Positions 12,161 to 24,437 of a DNA stretch of 64,000 nt are shown here, piece by piece. Within the stretch, counting starts at the first letter, position 1. Every line of letters begins with the position of its first letter. The translations under genes and the position numbers were made by a program. This DNA comes from Fonticula alba ATCC 38817 (Eukaryota > Protista > Nucleariida): NCBI GenBank assembly GCA_000388065.2, contig KB932204.1; one strand, given 5' to 3'. The notes below the pieces were generated by a model. The model searched no databases. It had not been told where the DNA came from and saw only the letters and a program-made list of their open reading frames with translations.

Positions 12161-13857
12161 ATGTCCCTCTCCACCCTGACCACCCGTCCCCGGCGGACGG
12201 GCGTCAGCTCGCCAACCGATACCCCCTCGCTGAAGTCCCGCAGCGTGGAGACCCTGGCGGCGCCGGCGCCGGACGCCGCCACCGCCGCCGCGTCCACCGC
12301 CGCCGCCGCCGCCGACCAGCCCAAGTCCCTCTTCATGGCCTTCTACGAGAACGTCATCCACCGGACCGTGGCCCCGCTCTTCCTGATGCTGGCCACTCTG
12401 CTGTGGGTGCCCTTCTGCATTCACACGGTCACGCAGCTGGACGGGTCCTACGCGCGTCTCATTGAGTTCATCGCCTCCGAGGGCCTGGTCAACGCCTATC
12501 GCAAGTGCTACGTGGCCCCGGATGCCACCACCTATGGGATTCTGATTGTCTTTTCGGTCTTCCAGCTGGTGCTGATGTTCGCCCTTCCGGGTCGCCGTGT
12601 GGCCGGCCCCGAGTCCGAGGGCGGCTTCACCCCCATCTACCGGGCCAACGGTGTGGCCGCCTACCTGGTCACCTGCATCAGCCTGGTGGCGGTGCACTTC
12701 TCCGGGCTCTTCGACGTGTCGCGTGTGTATGACCAGCTGCCGCAGATCTTCTCCCTCACGGTCCCCGGCATCTTCGTCTTCTGCCTCCTGCTCTATGTCA
12801 AGGGCGCTCTGCTGCCCAGCAACCGCCATAGCTCGAAGCTGGCCCCCGGCGAGGACAACCCGGACTTCGGCCTGTCGGGCAACCCCATCCTGGACTTCTA
12901 CGCCGGCACCGAGCTCTACCCCTACATCGGGCCGCTCAACCTGAAGTTCTACACCAACTGCCGCTGGGGCATGATGACCTGGCCGACTCTGATCATTGTG
13001 TATGCCATCAAGCAGTACACCATGCTCGGCCACCTGTCCAACCCGATGATCATGTCGGTCACCATCCAGCTGGTGTACCTGTTCAAGTTCTTCCACTGGG
13101 AGATGGGCTACATGGCCACCCTGGACATCATGCACGATCGCCTTGGCTACTACATCTGCTGGGGGATTTTCTGCCTGGTCCCTTCGCTGTACACCCTGTG
13201 CACCAACTACCTGGTCAAGTGCGTTCTCCCCTGCCTTTCATCGGATTGGCCGTGACCCTATGGCACCGGTGCTTGTGTCTCTCTCCCTCGCCGGCGTATA
13301 TCTCTCTCTCTCTCTCTCTCTCTTGACTTACCTTCCTCTGTGTGCCTCTACCCTCCTCGGCCTCTCCAAACAAACGCACACGCACACACACACGCACACG
13401 CTCATCCAGCCACCCCTATGAGATCTCCAACCTCACCTGCTTCCTGGGCACCGTCTTCGGCATCTCCCTCGTCGCCCTCGAGTACCACATCGACATGGAG
13501 CGCGTGCACTTCCGCAACGCCAAGGGCAAGGACAAGATCTGGGGCCGCCTTCCGCGCCATGTGGTGGCCAAGTACATCGCCGCCGATGGCACCGAGCGCA
13601 CTTCCCTCCTGCTGGCCGATGGCTTCTGGGGCCTCTCGCGTCACATCAACTACGCCTTTGAGATTGCCATGACCTTCGTCTGGACCGTCCCCTTCCAGTT
13701 CAACCACATCATGCCCTACTCGTATGTGATTTTCCTGACTGGTCTGCTGCTGCATCGCCTGTACCGCGATGAGGTTCGCTGCAGCCAGAAGTATGGCGAG
13801 CACTACGAGGAGTATCGCCGCCTGGTGCCCTACTACCTGATCCCCTACGTCTTCTAA
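12161..13857 (+). CDS. DHCR7: 7-dehydrocholesterol (sterol delta-7) reductase, ERG4/ERG24 family; 2 exons
   Basis: Exon 1 (12161-~13219) has LPGRRVAGP...PIYRANGVAAY, DFYAGTELYP, KFYTNCRWGMM, KFFHWEMGYMATLDIMHDRLGYYICWG. Exon 2 (~13420-13857) has LLADGFWGLSRHINY and HRLYRDEVRCSQKYG...YRRLVPY. These motifs are characteristic of DHCR7/DWF5. Confidence 0.93.
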
Positions 13858-14836
13858 GTGTGCGGGACCGTGTCTGTGCGCGAGAATGCGAGTGTGCGAC
13901 GATCTCAAAGGCCGGCCGTGAGGCGGCGCCGCACCCCCGTCCACGAGGAGAGACGGCAAAAGAGGCATGTGCTTTTTGACGACGTCCAGACGTCGGGGAG
14001 CGTGCCGCGGCAAATGTGCAAGCGCGGGGCGTTTGCATCTTTGCCGCAGTGTGTCTCCCCCCCCCCCCCCCCTCCCTCCCCCATGGCATGCATATTCCTC
14101 CTGTCTCCCTTTCCTCTCCCCCCCCATCTCCAGTGTGGGCTCTTGATCTCCACCTCTCCGCTCCTGATGCCTGGAGTTTTTCTCGCCCCCGCCCCCCCCC
14201 TCCTCCCCCCCCTCCCCCCTTCTCCTCCGGCACGGCGCGCGTGTGCGATGGAGTGGGCCGGCGTCGCGTGTGTTTACGTGAATATGTCACCCCCTCCCCC
14301 CGCGAGAGAAAGCCTCCTGCCCCCAATAAACACCTAAATCCCTTACATGCGCCCAGCCAAACCAGCCTTCCTGCGTTGTTCTCCTGCATCCTGTCTGTGT
14401 TGCGCGTGTCATGGCCGGGGCGCTCCGAGTGGCAGGATGGGGGGAAAGCTACCTAGGCCAGGCGCCACAGAGAGGGGAGAGAGCGAGAGAGAGCGAGAGA
14501 GAGAGGGTGCAGAGCCCCTGTTCTCCTCTCCCCAGGCGGAGGGAGACAAGGCCCAAGCACGAGATTCCCCGGGTCTTAGTCGTGCATGGCGCCTTGCTGG
14601 CAGAGACAGCGAGATGGCGCAGGGCGGATCCTGAGAGAGGCTGTCATGCGGGTGGGTGACGCGGCGCAATTGTTCGACTGAGGAATGGTGCCAGAAGCCC
14701 AAGTAGTGGCGTCGTCGCCTCCGCCTGCGAGGGGGGGATGCGCGCGTGCGTGTGTTTGTGTGTGTGGACAGCAGGGCCGCTCTTCCCTGCCGGTACCCTG
14801 CCGGTTGGCTGCGGATCTCCCCGCGGATCCGGACTG

Positions 14837-14986
14837 GAACCGACCCCCAAGAGGGGGGGGGGGGGGGGGGAATTTTTCGCCCCCAAAAACTTCCCCCCCC
14901 CCCCCCCCCCCCTCAGTGACTGCTGTTGTGTGGTACGAGGACCCTGCCGTTGGCGGGGAAGGGAGGCAGCTCTCGCGTGCGCCCCC
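14837..14986 (+). repeat. Gap-adjacent composite repeat: copy 2 of 10896-10951 plus a 34-bp block shared with 9936-9969
   Basis: Direct comparison; GCGGGGAAGGGAGGCAGCTCTCGCGTGCGCCCCC is identical at 9936-9969 and 14953-14986. Confidence 0.75.
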
Positions 14987-15767
14987 NNNNNNNNNNNNNN
15001 NNNNNNNNNNNNNNNNNNNNNNNNNNNNNNNNNNNNNNNNNNNNNNNNNNNNNNNNNNNNNNNNNNNNNNNNNNNNNNNNNNNNNNNNNNNNNNNNNNNN
15101 NNNNNNNNNNNNNNNNNNNNNNNNNNNNNNNNNNNNNNNNNNNNNNNNNNNNNNNNNNNNNNNNNNNNNNNNNNNNNNNNNNNNNNNNNNNNNNNNNNNN
15201 NNNNNNNNNNNNNNNNNNNNNNNNNNNNNNNNNNNNNNNNNNNNNNNNNNNNNNNNNNNNNNNNNNNNNNNNNNNNNNNNNNNNNNNNNNNNNNNNNNNN
15301 NNNNNNNNNNNNNNNNNNNNNNNNNNNNNNNNNNNNNNNNNNNNNNNNNNNNNNNNNNNNNNNNNNNNNNNNNNNNNNNNNNNNNNNNNNNNNNNNNNNN
15401 NNNNNNNNNNNNNNNNNNNNNNNNNNNNNNNNATCTCTCTGGCGGGGCCAGTTTGCCCATTTGTCAGGAACCTTCAGGAGGCCTACAACCAGCCGGGGGT
15501 GCCCTACCATCAGACACCGGCACCCTCCCTCCCCCTCCTCCCTCCCCCTCCTTCCTCCTCGCTCTCCTCCCCCCCTGTCTCCTATCGCATTTCTCCCCAT
15601 CCGCCGCTGTCTCTCTGTTGTCCTCCTGCCCGCGCTGCCCTGGTCGCCCGCTGCGCATCGCCTTAACGGCGCCCCCTCACGCTACTCGGCTTCACCTGCC
15701 CCCTATCCCTGTCTTTGCTCCTCTTCTTCCCCCCCCCCCGCTCCCGCCTCCACGAAGCCCGCCTGTC

Positions 15768-18700
15768 ATGAAGAAGGGTAAGAACACCGCTGTTGCGAGC
15801 AAGGCATCCCCGGCCGCCGTCGCTCCGGCCACCATCGATGTTGAGGCCGATGGGGCCAAGCGCACCCGCCGCACGCGCGCCTCCACTGCGGCCGCGGCCG
15901 CCGCTGCCGCCGCCGCCGCTGCCAAGTCCACTGAGGAGTCGACTCCCTCCAAGAAGGCTGCCTCCCTGGTCAAGGGCACTGCGTCCCAGAGCAAGTCGCC
16001 TGCCGCCAAGAAGACTGGCGTTCCGGCCGGCAAGAGGGCCGCCAGCAGGAAGGCTCCCCAGGAGTCGGCTGATGTGACGATGGTCGATGCCGATGCCGAT
16101 GCCAGTTCGCCGACCGAGCAGAAGCCTCGCAGGTCCAACCGCAAGGGTCCTCGCGGCTCCAAGGCTGTCCCGGGCCCTCGCAGCGCCCACGCCCAGCAGC
16201 GCCTTCAGCGCCGTCACCAGCTCCAGCAGCAGGCCGTCCTCCCCAGCGGCTTCAAGGTCCCCGGCTTGGCCAACCCGAAGTTTGCCGACCGGCGCCTTTC
16301 GACATTGGAGCGCTTCCAGCGTCTGAGCCGCGTCGTGGTGTCAGCCGTCCCTCGGAAGTCGCTGCAGCGCGCCGCTGTGGCCGGTGGCGCCCCCGTTGGC
16401 CCTCGTGCTACCCAGCGCCGACTTTCGCTGTCTTCCGGCTCTGCAGATGCCACGCGGACCGTCTTCCACCGGTGCCTCTTCTACCGTCTGCAGCCGTCCG
16501 AGATCCGGACCCTCTGCTGGTCGCCGGATGGCCGGACACTCGCTGTCCTCCGTGGTGATGGATCGATCGGCTTCTGGACCGAGCGTTCGCAGTGGTATTG
16601 CGAGAAGGTGCGTTTCCCGCATCTTTCTTCCCCCCCCGTTTGTCCCGATCCTCGTTTGTTTCTCGACCGGAGCTCCCGTGCCCTTGGGTCTTTTTTTCCT
16701 CTCTCTCTCTCTCTGGTCAGCATCCAACTCATGCCCCTCTTCCTTGGCCCCTCCCCGCGGCCCATTCCCCCGGCCCCATTGGTAGTCCATCAACGGTGGC
16801 ACCAGTCGCCAGCACAACACCATGGCCTTCTGCCCGTCGGGCCGTTTCTTCACCGGCGCCTTCACCGGCCAGCTGACCGAGTGGGACCTCCTGACTCTGA
16901 CGCCAAAGGTGCGAAGCTCCAGTCCCCAGTCCCCAGCCCCCCCCTCCCCCCCTCCCCTTGCCGGTTTCGCCTGACACATGGGAGGATGGCCCGCTAACCC
17001 TTCGACTCCTTCTCCTGGGGGGCTCTCCTCGCAGCGCGTGTCCGACTCCTATGGCGGTCCCATCTGGTCTCTGGCTGTCAACTCGACCGGCACCGAGCTG
17101 GTGGCCGCCTGTGATGATGGCTCGACTCGCCTCTTCGACATTTCGGATGACCGTCTGCAGTACTCGCGCGCCTTCGAAAGCCAGAACCGTGCGTAGACCC
17201 CCCTCCATCCGCCCCGTACTCCGCAAACGCACACCCTTCATCCCTAACCCGAGTTTCCAGACCGTGCCCTTTCTGTTGCCTGGCATTCCTCCGATAAGGT
17301 TGTCGTCGTCGGTACTTCGGCCGGTGTCATCAAGAAGTACAACGCCGTCACTGGGCGCTTGGTGTTCAGCGCATCGGTTCCCAAGAACAAGGCCGACGTT
17401 CGTGTCTGGAGTGTCCACATGCTGACCGATGGCACGATCATTGCTGGTACCTCGACCGGCCACGTCCTGTTCTTCGACGGCCAGACTGGCATCCTCAACC
17501 AGACCATCCAGACCCATGAGGCGGATGTCCTCTCGATTGCTGTGTCCAAGAGTGGCGACACTGCCTACGCCTCCAGTGTCGATTCCAAGGTGGTCGAGCT
17601 GAAGCGCTCCCAGAGCAACTCCTCCCAGAGCATCGACCTGTCGGTGCGTGGCGGGCTTTCTCCAGCCTTGCTCCCCCCCCCCCCCTCCCCCTTCTCCTTC
17701 GCACACGTGCTTTCCACGCTCCGGCTTCTTTGACTGACCGAAATGCAGTTCGAGTGGGTCCACTCTGCCAGCTCTCGCATCCACTCGCACGATGTCAACG
17801 CTCTGGCCCTGCGCCCCCAGGCGGATCTGCTGGCCTCTGGTGGTGTGGACACCCAGATCATCCTGACCAATGTGGCCAAGTTCACCACGCAGGACGTCGT
17901 GCGGATCTCCCCCTTCGACACCTTCCGCACGCACATTCAGGTGGCTCCGGAGGCGCGCCTGGTCCTCCTGACTTACCCGCACAGCGTGGCTGTGCATGCT
18001 CTCCGCTCGGGTGCGTGCTCGGCCTTCTCGCACTTGAATGCGTCGTTCCTCCTTCTCGCCCTCTTTGGATCTCTTCTTGCATCCACGCCACGCGCTCCAT
18101 CGGCCCTAATATCCTCTTCCTCTGCCCGCCTCGGTGCTCGTAGCCGACGATGCGGGCCAGGTTGTCCGCACTTCTGCCAAGGAGGATTTCGAGGAGGAGA
18201 AGCTGATCGAGATTTCGCTGAAGGTGCGTACACTTGCTCGGCCGTCGGGGGGGGGGGGGGGGCGCTTCACTTTAGCCTGTCGGTCTCTGACACGCCTGTT
18301 TTCCCCATCGCAGCGTCACTTGATGATCCAGTCGGCTGCCATTTCGGCCAATGGCAAGCTGATCGCCATCGCCGATGGCGGCAAGCTCCGTCTGTACTCC
18401 CTCGGCGAGTCGGTGCGCATCGCTTTTTACCTTTCTCTTTTGCTGCGACTTTTCCGCGATCTTCTGACCCCCTTTATCATGCTTCCTTTCTCCCTTTCTC
18501 CCTTTCTCCCTCTCTTCTCCCTCCCTCTCTTCTCCCTCCCTCTCTCCCTCTCTTCTCTCTCCCTCTCTTCTCTCTCCCTCTCTCCCTCTCCCCCTCTCTC
18601 CCTCTCTCCCTCTCTCCCTCTCTCCCTCTCCCCCTCCTTCTCTCGCTCCGTCACTCTTTGTCTTCTTCCACGTTTCGGTGGCTCGGCGACTGGGGCAGAC

Positions 18701-20208
18701 TCATCACCGGCTGTCGGCGGCGCCGCTGACTCTCAACCTGCCTGCTGAGATGCACGCCGTCACGCGGGTGCACTTCACCGCGCATGAGACCCCTTATCTG
18801 GTTGCCACCTCGGCTGATCGGGTGTTCTCCTTCAGCATCCAGGAGGATCGCCTGCTGGGGTCGGCCCGCCTGAGCGCGCTGGCCCCGGCCGCTGTCGGGT
18901 CGGTCCCGCAGGGCACCATCCACACGGTGACCAGCTCGCCGACTGGGCATCTCGTGGCTGTCGGTGATTTGGCCAACAACATCCATGTCTTCCAGACGAC
19001 CACTCTGCAGCATCGGGCCACGCTGCCGGTCTTTGAGAGCCTACATACGGCCACCGGCTTCACGGCCGATGGCAACCACCTGGTGGTGGCTACGGCTACG
19101 GTGACTGTTTACATTTTCGAGATCGGCACCTCGCAGCTGACACACTGGTCTCGGTACGCACATGCATGCACATGTGACATGCTGTTGTCTCCTCTCTGGC
19201 GCCCCCCCCCCCCCACACACTCACACTCACACTCACACTCACACTCACACAAACTCTTTGCCCCCTGGCCCTCCCTCCCTTCTCTCCCCCCTGTCTTTCA
19301 GACTCAACTCTGTCCGTCTCGGTGGTCCCTTCCTCAAGCGCGAGAACCTGGTCCGGTCGATTTTGATCGATCCAAAGCGCCCGCAGACCGTGGTCCTGGC
19401 GTCGCTCTTCAACCTGTGGCGCTTCTCCCCGCGGGGGTCGGTCCGGTCGAAGCTGTCGCGCACGACGCCGGCCGCCGCGGTGACGGCCAGCGCCCCTGGC
19501 TCCGATGCTCCCGCCTCGCCGCTGAATGTGTCCAATCTGCATGAGCTCCAGCAGGCGCTGGTCTTCACACTGACCATGCAATCGTTTGATGCCGATGAGA
19601 AGGTGGCTGTGGCCGAGGCGCAGCTTCAGCAGGCCACTGAGGCTGCTGGGGAGTTGGCCACCCGTCTGGCTGCCCTGCAGGGGGATCCCGATGTCCCGAA
19701 GTCCCGAGTGCAGGAGGTCCAGGCTGAGCTGGATGTCTTGCAGCAGAAGATCGCCAGCCAGAGCGAGCGCCTGCAGGGGCTGACCCTGATCGCTCAGGAG
19801 GCCCTCAAGGCCAAGAATGTGGCCCTGGGTCAGGCGAAGCATGATCAGTGGCTGCACCAGCGCCAGCATAACTCGCCGAACAACATGCCCGGCAAGCGCC
19901 AGCGCGGGACCAATGGCTCGGCCTCCCTGACGTCCGGGCTGTCCCCCTCGCTGCAGGCGTACCTGACGGCCATGCCGCCGGATGCCCTGCGCACGCAGCT
20001 GGATTCGCTGTTGGCTTCGGTGTTCAGCAATCCGGTCGGCTGCATGGAGCGCAAGTCCCCGCTCCTGGGGGCGTGCTTCCTTCCGAGCACCGGCGCCAGC
20101 GGCCCCGTGGCCGAGGCATCGGAAATGGTCCTGGTCGAGCGCTCTGGTCTGGCGGTCAAGCTGGCCTTGCCTGGTGCCCTGACGCGCAAGCGCTTCGGTC
20201 GCAAGTAG
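15768..20208 (+). CDS. UTP4: U3 snoRNA-associated protein 4 (UTP4/cirhin), WD40; multi-exon
   Basis: VFHRCLFYRLQPSEIRTLCWSPDGRTLAVLRGDGSIGFW matches the UTP4 N-terminus. Further WD repeats: GGPIWSLAVN, QTHEADVLSIAV, RIHSHDVNALA, LLASGGVDTQI. The C-terminus MVLVERS...LPGALTRKRFGRK matches the UTP4 tail. Confidence 0.88.
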
Positions 20209-20421
20209 GACCGCCTCACCGCCGTTGTACAAAAAGGGTACCAGGAAGCTGGCGAGAGAGCGAGAGAGAGAGAGAGAGAGGAAGGGAGGGGGGGGGGGCG
20301 GACTAAGATTCCCCCCTTTGTTGATGTTCATGTCCCCAATGTCCTCCTGTCCCTCCCTCCCGGCTGCCCGTGTCACAGTGCTCCGGCGTGCGTGTGTGGG
20401 TGTGCGCGTGTCACAGGGAGT

Positions 20422-20475
20422 CCCTCCCTCTTGGGATCTTGTATCCGCCCCTCCCTCTTGGGATCTTGTATCCGC
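20422..20475. repeat. 27-bp perfect tandem duplication between convergent genes
   Basis: CCCTCCCTCTTGGGATCTTGTATCCGC occurs twice in tandem. Confidence 0.85.
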
Positions 20476-20892
20476 CCCTCCCCCTTCCCCTGTCACTCCT
20501 GTGCCTCTCCATTTCCCCCCTCGTGGGCGCGCATGTCTCCTCTCCCTTCCACCCTGTGGCCGATTTGCCCGTTGTGGCATGCCTCTTCCCCGTCCCCTTC
20601 TCTCGTCCATCCTTCCTGTAGACACCCCCGGCCCCGGATGGGCCCCTCATAAAATACATTTATATATTAGATTATCCCCTCCTTTCGTCGGGAATTTGCC
20701 TTTGACAACTTTATCTTCATGGAAGAGGCTGGATCGGAGACCGCGCTGGCAGCCACGCGTTTATGTGTAGGATTGCGTGGGGGGAGGGCTCCGGGGAGGG
20801 GGAGGGGGGGGGGAGGGGCGCCATGGTCGGCCAAGAGGGTGTGTCAAAGGGAGGCAAGTCGAAAGGACGATGGAATGCGCAGAGCTGGCCAG

Positions 20893-21286
20893 TTATGCAT
20901 TGTGTGGCGGTGGCACAGGTAGGTCGCGGAAGGTCGATGTCGGAGGCCCGGCATCCTGGCCCGCGGGCGGGGCCCCCGCCCCCGGGCCTGAGGGGTGGAG
21001 TTGGTGAGAGTGCTGGTGATGCGGCGTGCCCGCCGACTGCTGATAGGAATGCTGAGGCACTGGCTCCGACGGAGCAGGGTAGAGGCTGTGTTGGTCAATG
21101 AAGGCCTCCCGGCGGGGCTCCGGCGCCCCGGGGAAGGGCCCGGAGGCCGAATGGGAAGGCTGATGTTGGGATGAAGACGCGGGTGGCGGTTGATAGGCAT
21201 AGGGGTTGGTCGTCGGGCCTGGAGCAGTAGAGGTGGCGCCAGCGCCGGTCGAAGGTGCTTGCTGATGCTGCTGCTGTTGTTGGTGT

Positions 21287-21318
<32 letters not shown>

Positions 21319-24300
21319 GTGGTGGTGGTGTGGTTGTTGCTGCTGCTGGTGGTGGAACAGTGGCTGGGAGACAGGCGCCGATGCCCAGCTTGGAGGCTGG
21401 GCTTGAGCGGCGGCCGGGTAGAGGGCAGCCGGCTGGGTAGGTGGCGGGGCCCATGAGAGGTAGGCGGTGGTCGGTTGGCCGCCCGGTGCCGTGTGAGGCA
21501 TGGCCACCGGCAGGAAGGACGGTGCAACAAAAGATCCAGCAGCGAGACCGTGCGGGTAGACGACCGTCTGCGGTGGCTGCTGATATGTCTGGGGGTATTG
21601 TGGCTGCTGTGAGTGCTGCGGGGGTGGCCCCGAGGACGAGGGACCGGTGGCGGTGAAAGTGCCTGATTGGGGCATTTCGGAGGCCGTGGTCAGATAGGTG
21701 GCCGATGGTCCAGCGTGAGCGGTGGCCGAAATGGCAGCCGCATGCTCTTTGATGGCAGCCACCTCCTGGTGGAGCTTCAGCTGCGTCTTACGTAGCCGAC
21801 GGCGAGTGAGCTCCAGCTCCCGACGGAGCTGTTCGTTGACGGTCTCCAAATGCTGAACATGGCCCACAGGGATTAGTACCTGATCGAGAGAGAGAGAGAG
21901 AGAGAGAAGGCAGGCGCAAGCGGCGGTGAAGAAAGAAGCCCGGGGTAAACGCACATGAACCTCGACGCGAGATTGCTGCAGAGCCTGCTCGACGGCGGCG
22001 GCCACCGCGCCAGCATGGCGCTCCTTGTCATTGTTGATCACCGCCGAGGCGACCAATTCCACCCGCGCAGCACGAACTACTTGCATTTCCAGGCCGGCAA
22101 TCTGGCGGCGCATTTCGGCCACGCGTGACTCGAGGGCCAAGTTCGCCTGGGTCAGTTGGGTGAGACGCTCATCGCGCGCGGCCTCGGAGAGATGTGCATG
22201 GGCGGGATCCCCCCCGGGAATGAGAGCCCGGCCGCCCCGAGGCGCCAAGGCACCAGGCCCGGCTAACCCCTGGCGTAGGGTGTCGCACAAATCAACCTGC
22301 ACACGCAAGCGCTTGTTCAGGTCACTGGCGCGCGCGCGCGCGTGTGTGTATGTGTGTGTGTGTGGTGCATGTATGCACGGAAGAGGGGGAGGAGGCGGAA
22401 TGTTGGTTAGGCGCCGCACCGGCAGGGATAGGGGAAGGGACGCTAGACACGCACGCTATTTCGTGCCGCATGCCGGCACACTCCTGCATGGCCGCATGGC
22501 GCTCATGGTCTAGATAGGCGTATGCCTGCTGCCAAGCGGCACGTTCCTGTTCCCAGGCCTGGCGACCAGCACGCAGGGTCTCCAATTCGGCGCGCTCGGA
22601 GAGCGAGCGCTCCAAATGGCTCCGGGCCAGTCGAATGATCCCGGCCGCGAAGAGGGTAAGCTCATGCGGCGGGAACTTGTACAGCTCCGAGGGGTTAAAG
22701 CTCATCAGGAAGGAGTCCGACACGCGGGAATCCACCAGGTGGTGGTGGTGCTGGGCCGAGGGGTCCAAGTGATCCGGCTGATAGTAGGGCTGCTGCTGGG
22801 CCGGGGGACGCTGACTTGCGGCACCGGCTTGCGGATCGGGCGACACCTGCCGGCCGACTGAGGACACGGCACTGGCCAGGGTGGCGACATTGCTACCGGC
22901 CAGCGCCGCCAGCTGGGCCACCTGCTCCTCCAGACACATGCCCGGGCTGGAGGGCATCGCCTGTTGAGGGGCCACAGGCTGGGCATCGGCCTGCCGGGGG
23001 CCAGCCTGCCCGGCTGGCTGCTGCGAGGGGGGCAGAGAGGTGGTTGGGAGATCGGTCGGCTGGGTGGCATTGTCGAACATCGACAAAACCCGCCGAGCCT
23101 GGGCCTCGAGCGCGTGCCAAGAGGGGTCATCCTCCAGAAGGCTCGACCGTTGTGACGAAGACCGGGAGAGATCTTGAACATGGAGGCCGGACGTGCTGCC
23201 ATGAACGTTACTGCTGCTGCTGCTGTTGTTGCTGCTGTTCCTTGGGTTGGCATTGGCCGAGCGCCCGGTGTCGCTGCCGCCGCCGCCGCCGTCGCCGCCG
23301 CCGCCGCGGCCCCCGCTGTCGACTCGCCCGCTGTTGACGTTGTGCCGGGCCGCTGGTAGAGCAAGGCCCGAGGCCGAGGGTGATTTCGCCGCCCGCGGCG
23401 AGTCAGAGTCGCTGGTAGAGCGCGATGCCTCTGACGAGCTGGGCGGCGTCAAGTCACCAGGCCGCCCGGTGGCCAGCGGAGACCGGACTCCTCGGGGTGA
23501 GCCGGGATGCGAGGTCGCATGGGCAGGCTTGGAGCCGGCCGACGCTCCGGCGGCGCTGCCACGCGATGCCTCCAGCGCCAAGCGCCGAGCCTCCGGGCTG
23601 GAAAAGGGATCCAGCCCCACAGCATGGAGTCCGGCCAGGTCGCGCAGTTCGCTGACCAACCGATCTAAAGATGACATGTCGCTATGGCGCTTGATAGCCA
23701 AGCGGGAAAGCTGGATTCACCCAAAGAGAGTGGGGTCAGGAGGCTGCCGGTGGTCAAAGGGAAAGGGGTGCCGGAGGCAACGTACAGCCTGTGCCTGGGT
23801 GGATGGCCGGAGGGTGGCCCCAAGACTCGGAGGCGTGCCCGGGACCGCAGCAGCGGACAAGGCGCAGGCGGAGGACGATGCATCCGGCGGGGCCACCTCG
23901 AAGAGGCCAGCCAGTCGGTCGGAATGCCCTTTGAGGCCGGCACTCCGGGTCGGGTCCAGGGGGTCCCGGCCGCCAGCGCCCATCGAATGGGTCGCCGGCA
24001 GGGTGCTGACATTGCCACGCCGGGCCGACAACTCAAGAAGGGTCCTCAGGAGGTCACTGTCGGCAGCCGACGGGGTCGTCTCAGCTCCAAGCGTCGAAGT
24101 GGCGAGGTTGTTGCCGTTGACGGAGGCAGACGAGCCAGGGGGCTTGCCAGTGCTGTGAGTGCCGCCAGCACCGTCAGTGGCGCCAGTGTTGCCAGTGCCA
24201 CCGGCCTGGGCCTTGCGACTGTGGGCAGGGTGCTCTGCAGATTGGAGGGGGTCTTGTTTGCCCTCCAGCTCATCTTCCGGCAGGATGTCGTCGATGTCCC

Positions 24301-24391
24301 GCAAAACTTGGGACATGGTCAGCCGGCCGATCCCCGGCAGGAGCGACTCCAGGAGATCCTCGTCAAGGAGGTCTTCCGCAAGTTGCTGCGC

Positions 24392-24437
<46 letters not shown>

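Noticed and set aside
10016-12336. Long ORFs spanning N runs (for example 10153-11508, 14685-15767, 41007-41937)
   Set aside because: They are open only because Ns and homopolymers contain no stop codons.
11543-13135. Long antisense or alternative-frame ORFs over real genes (also 48100-49986, 53804-55135, 28592-29743)
   Set aside because: Shadows of GC-rich coding sequence on the other strand or frame, with no family motifs.
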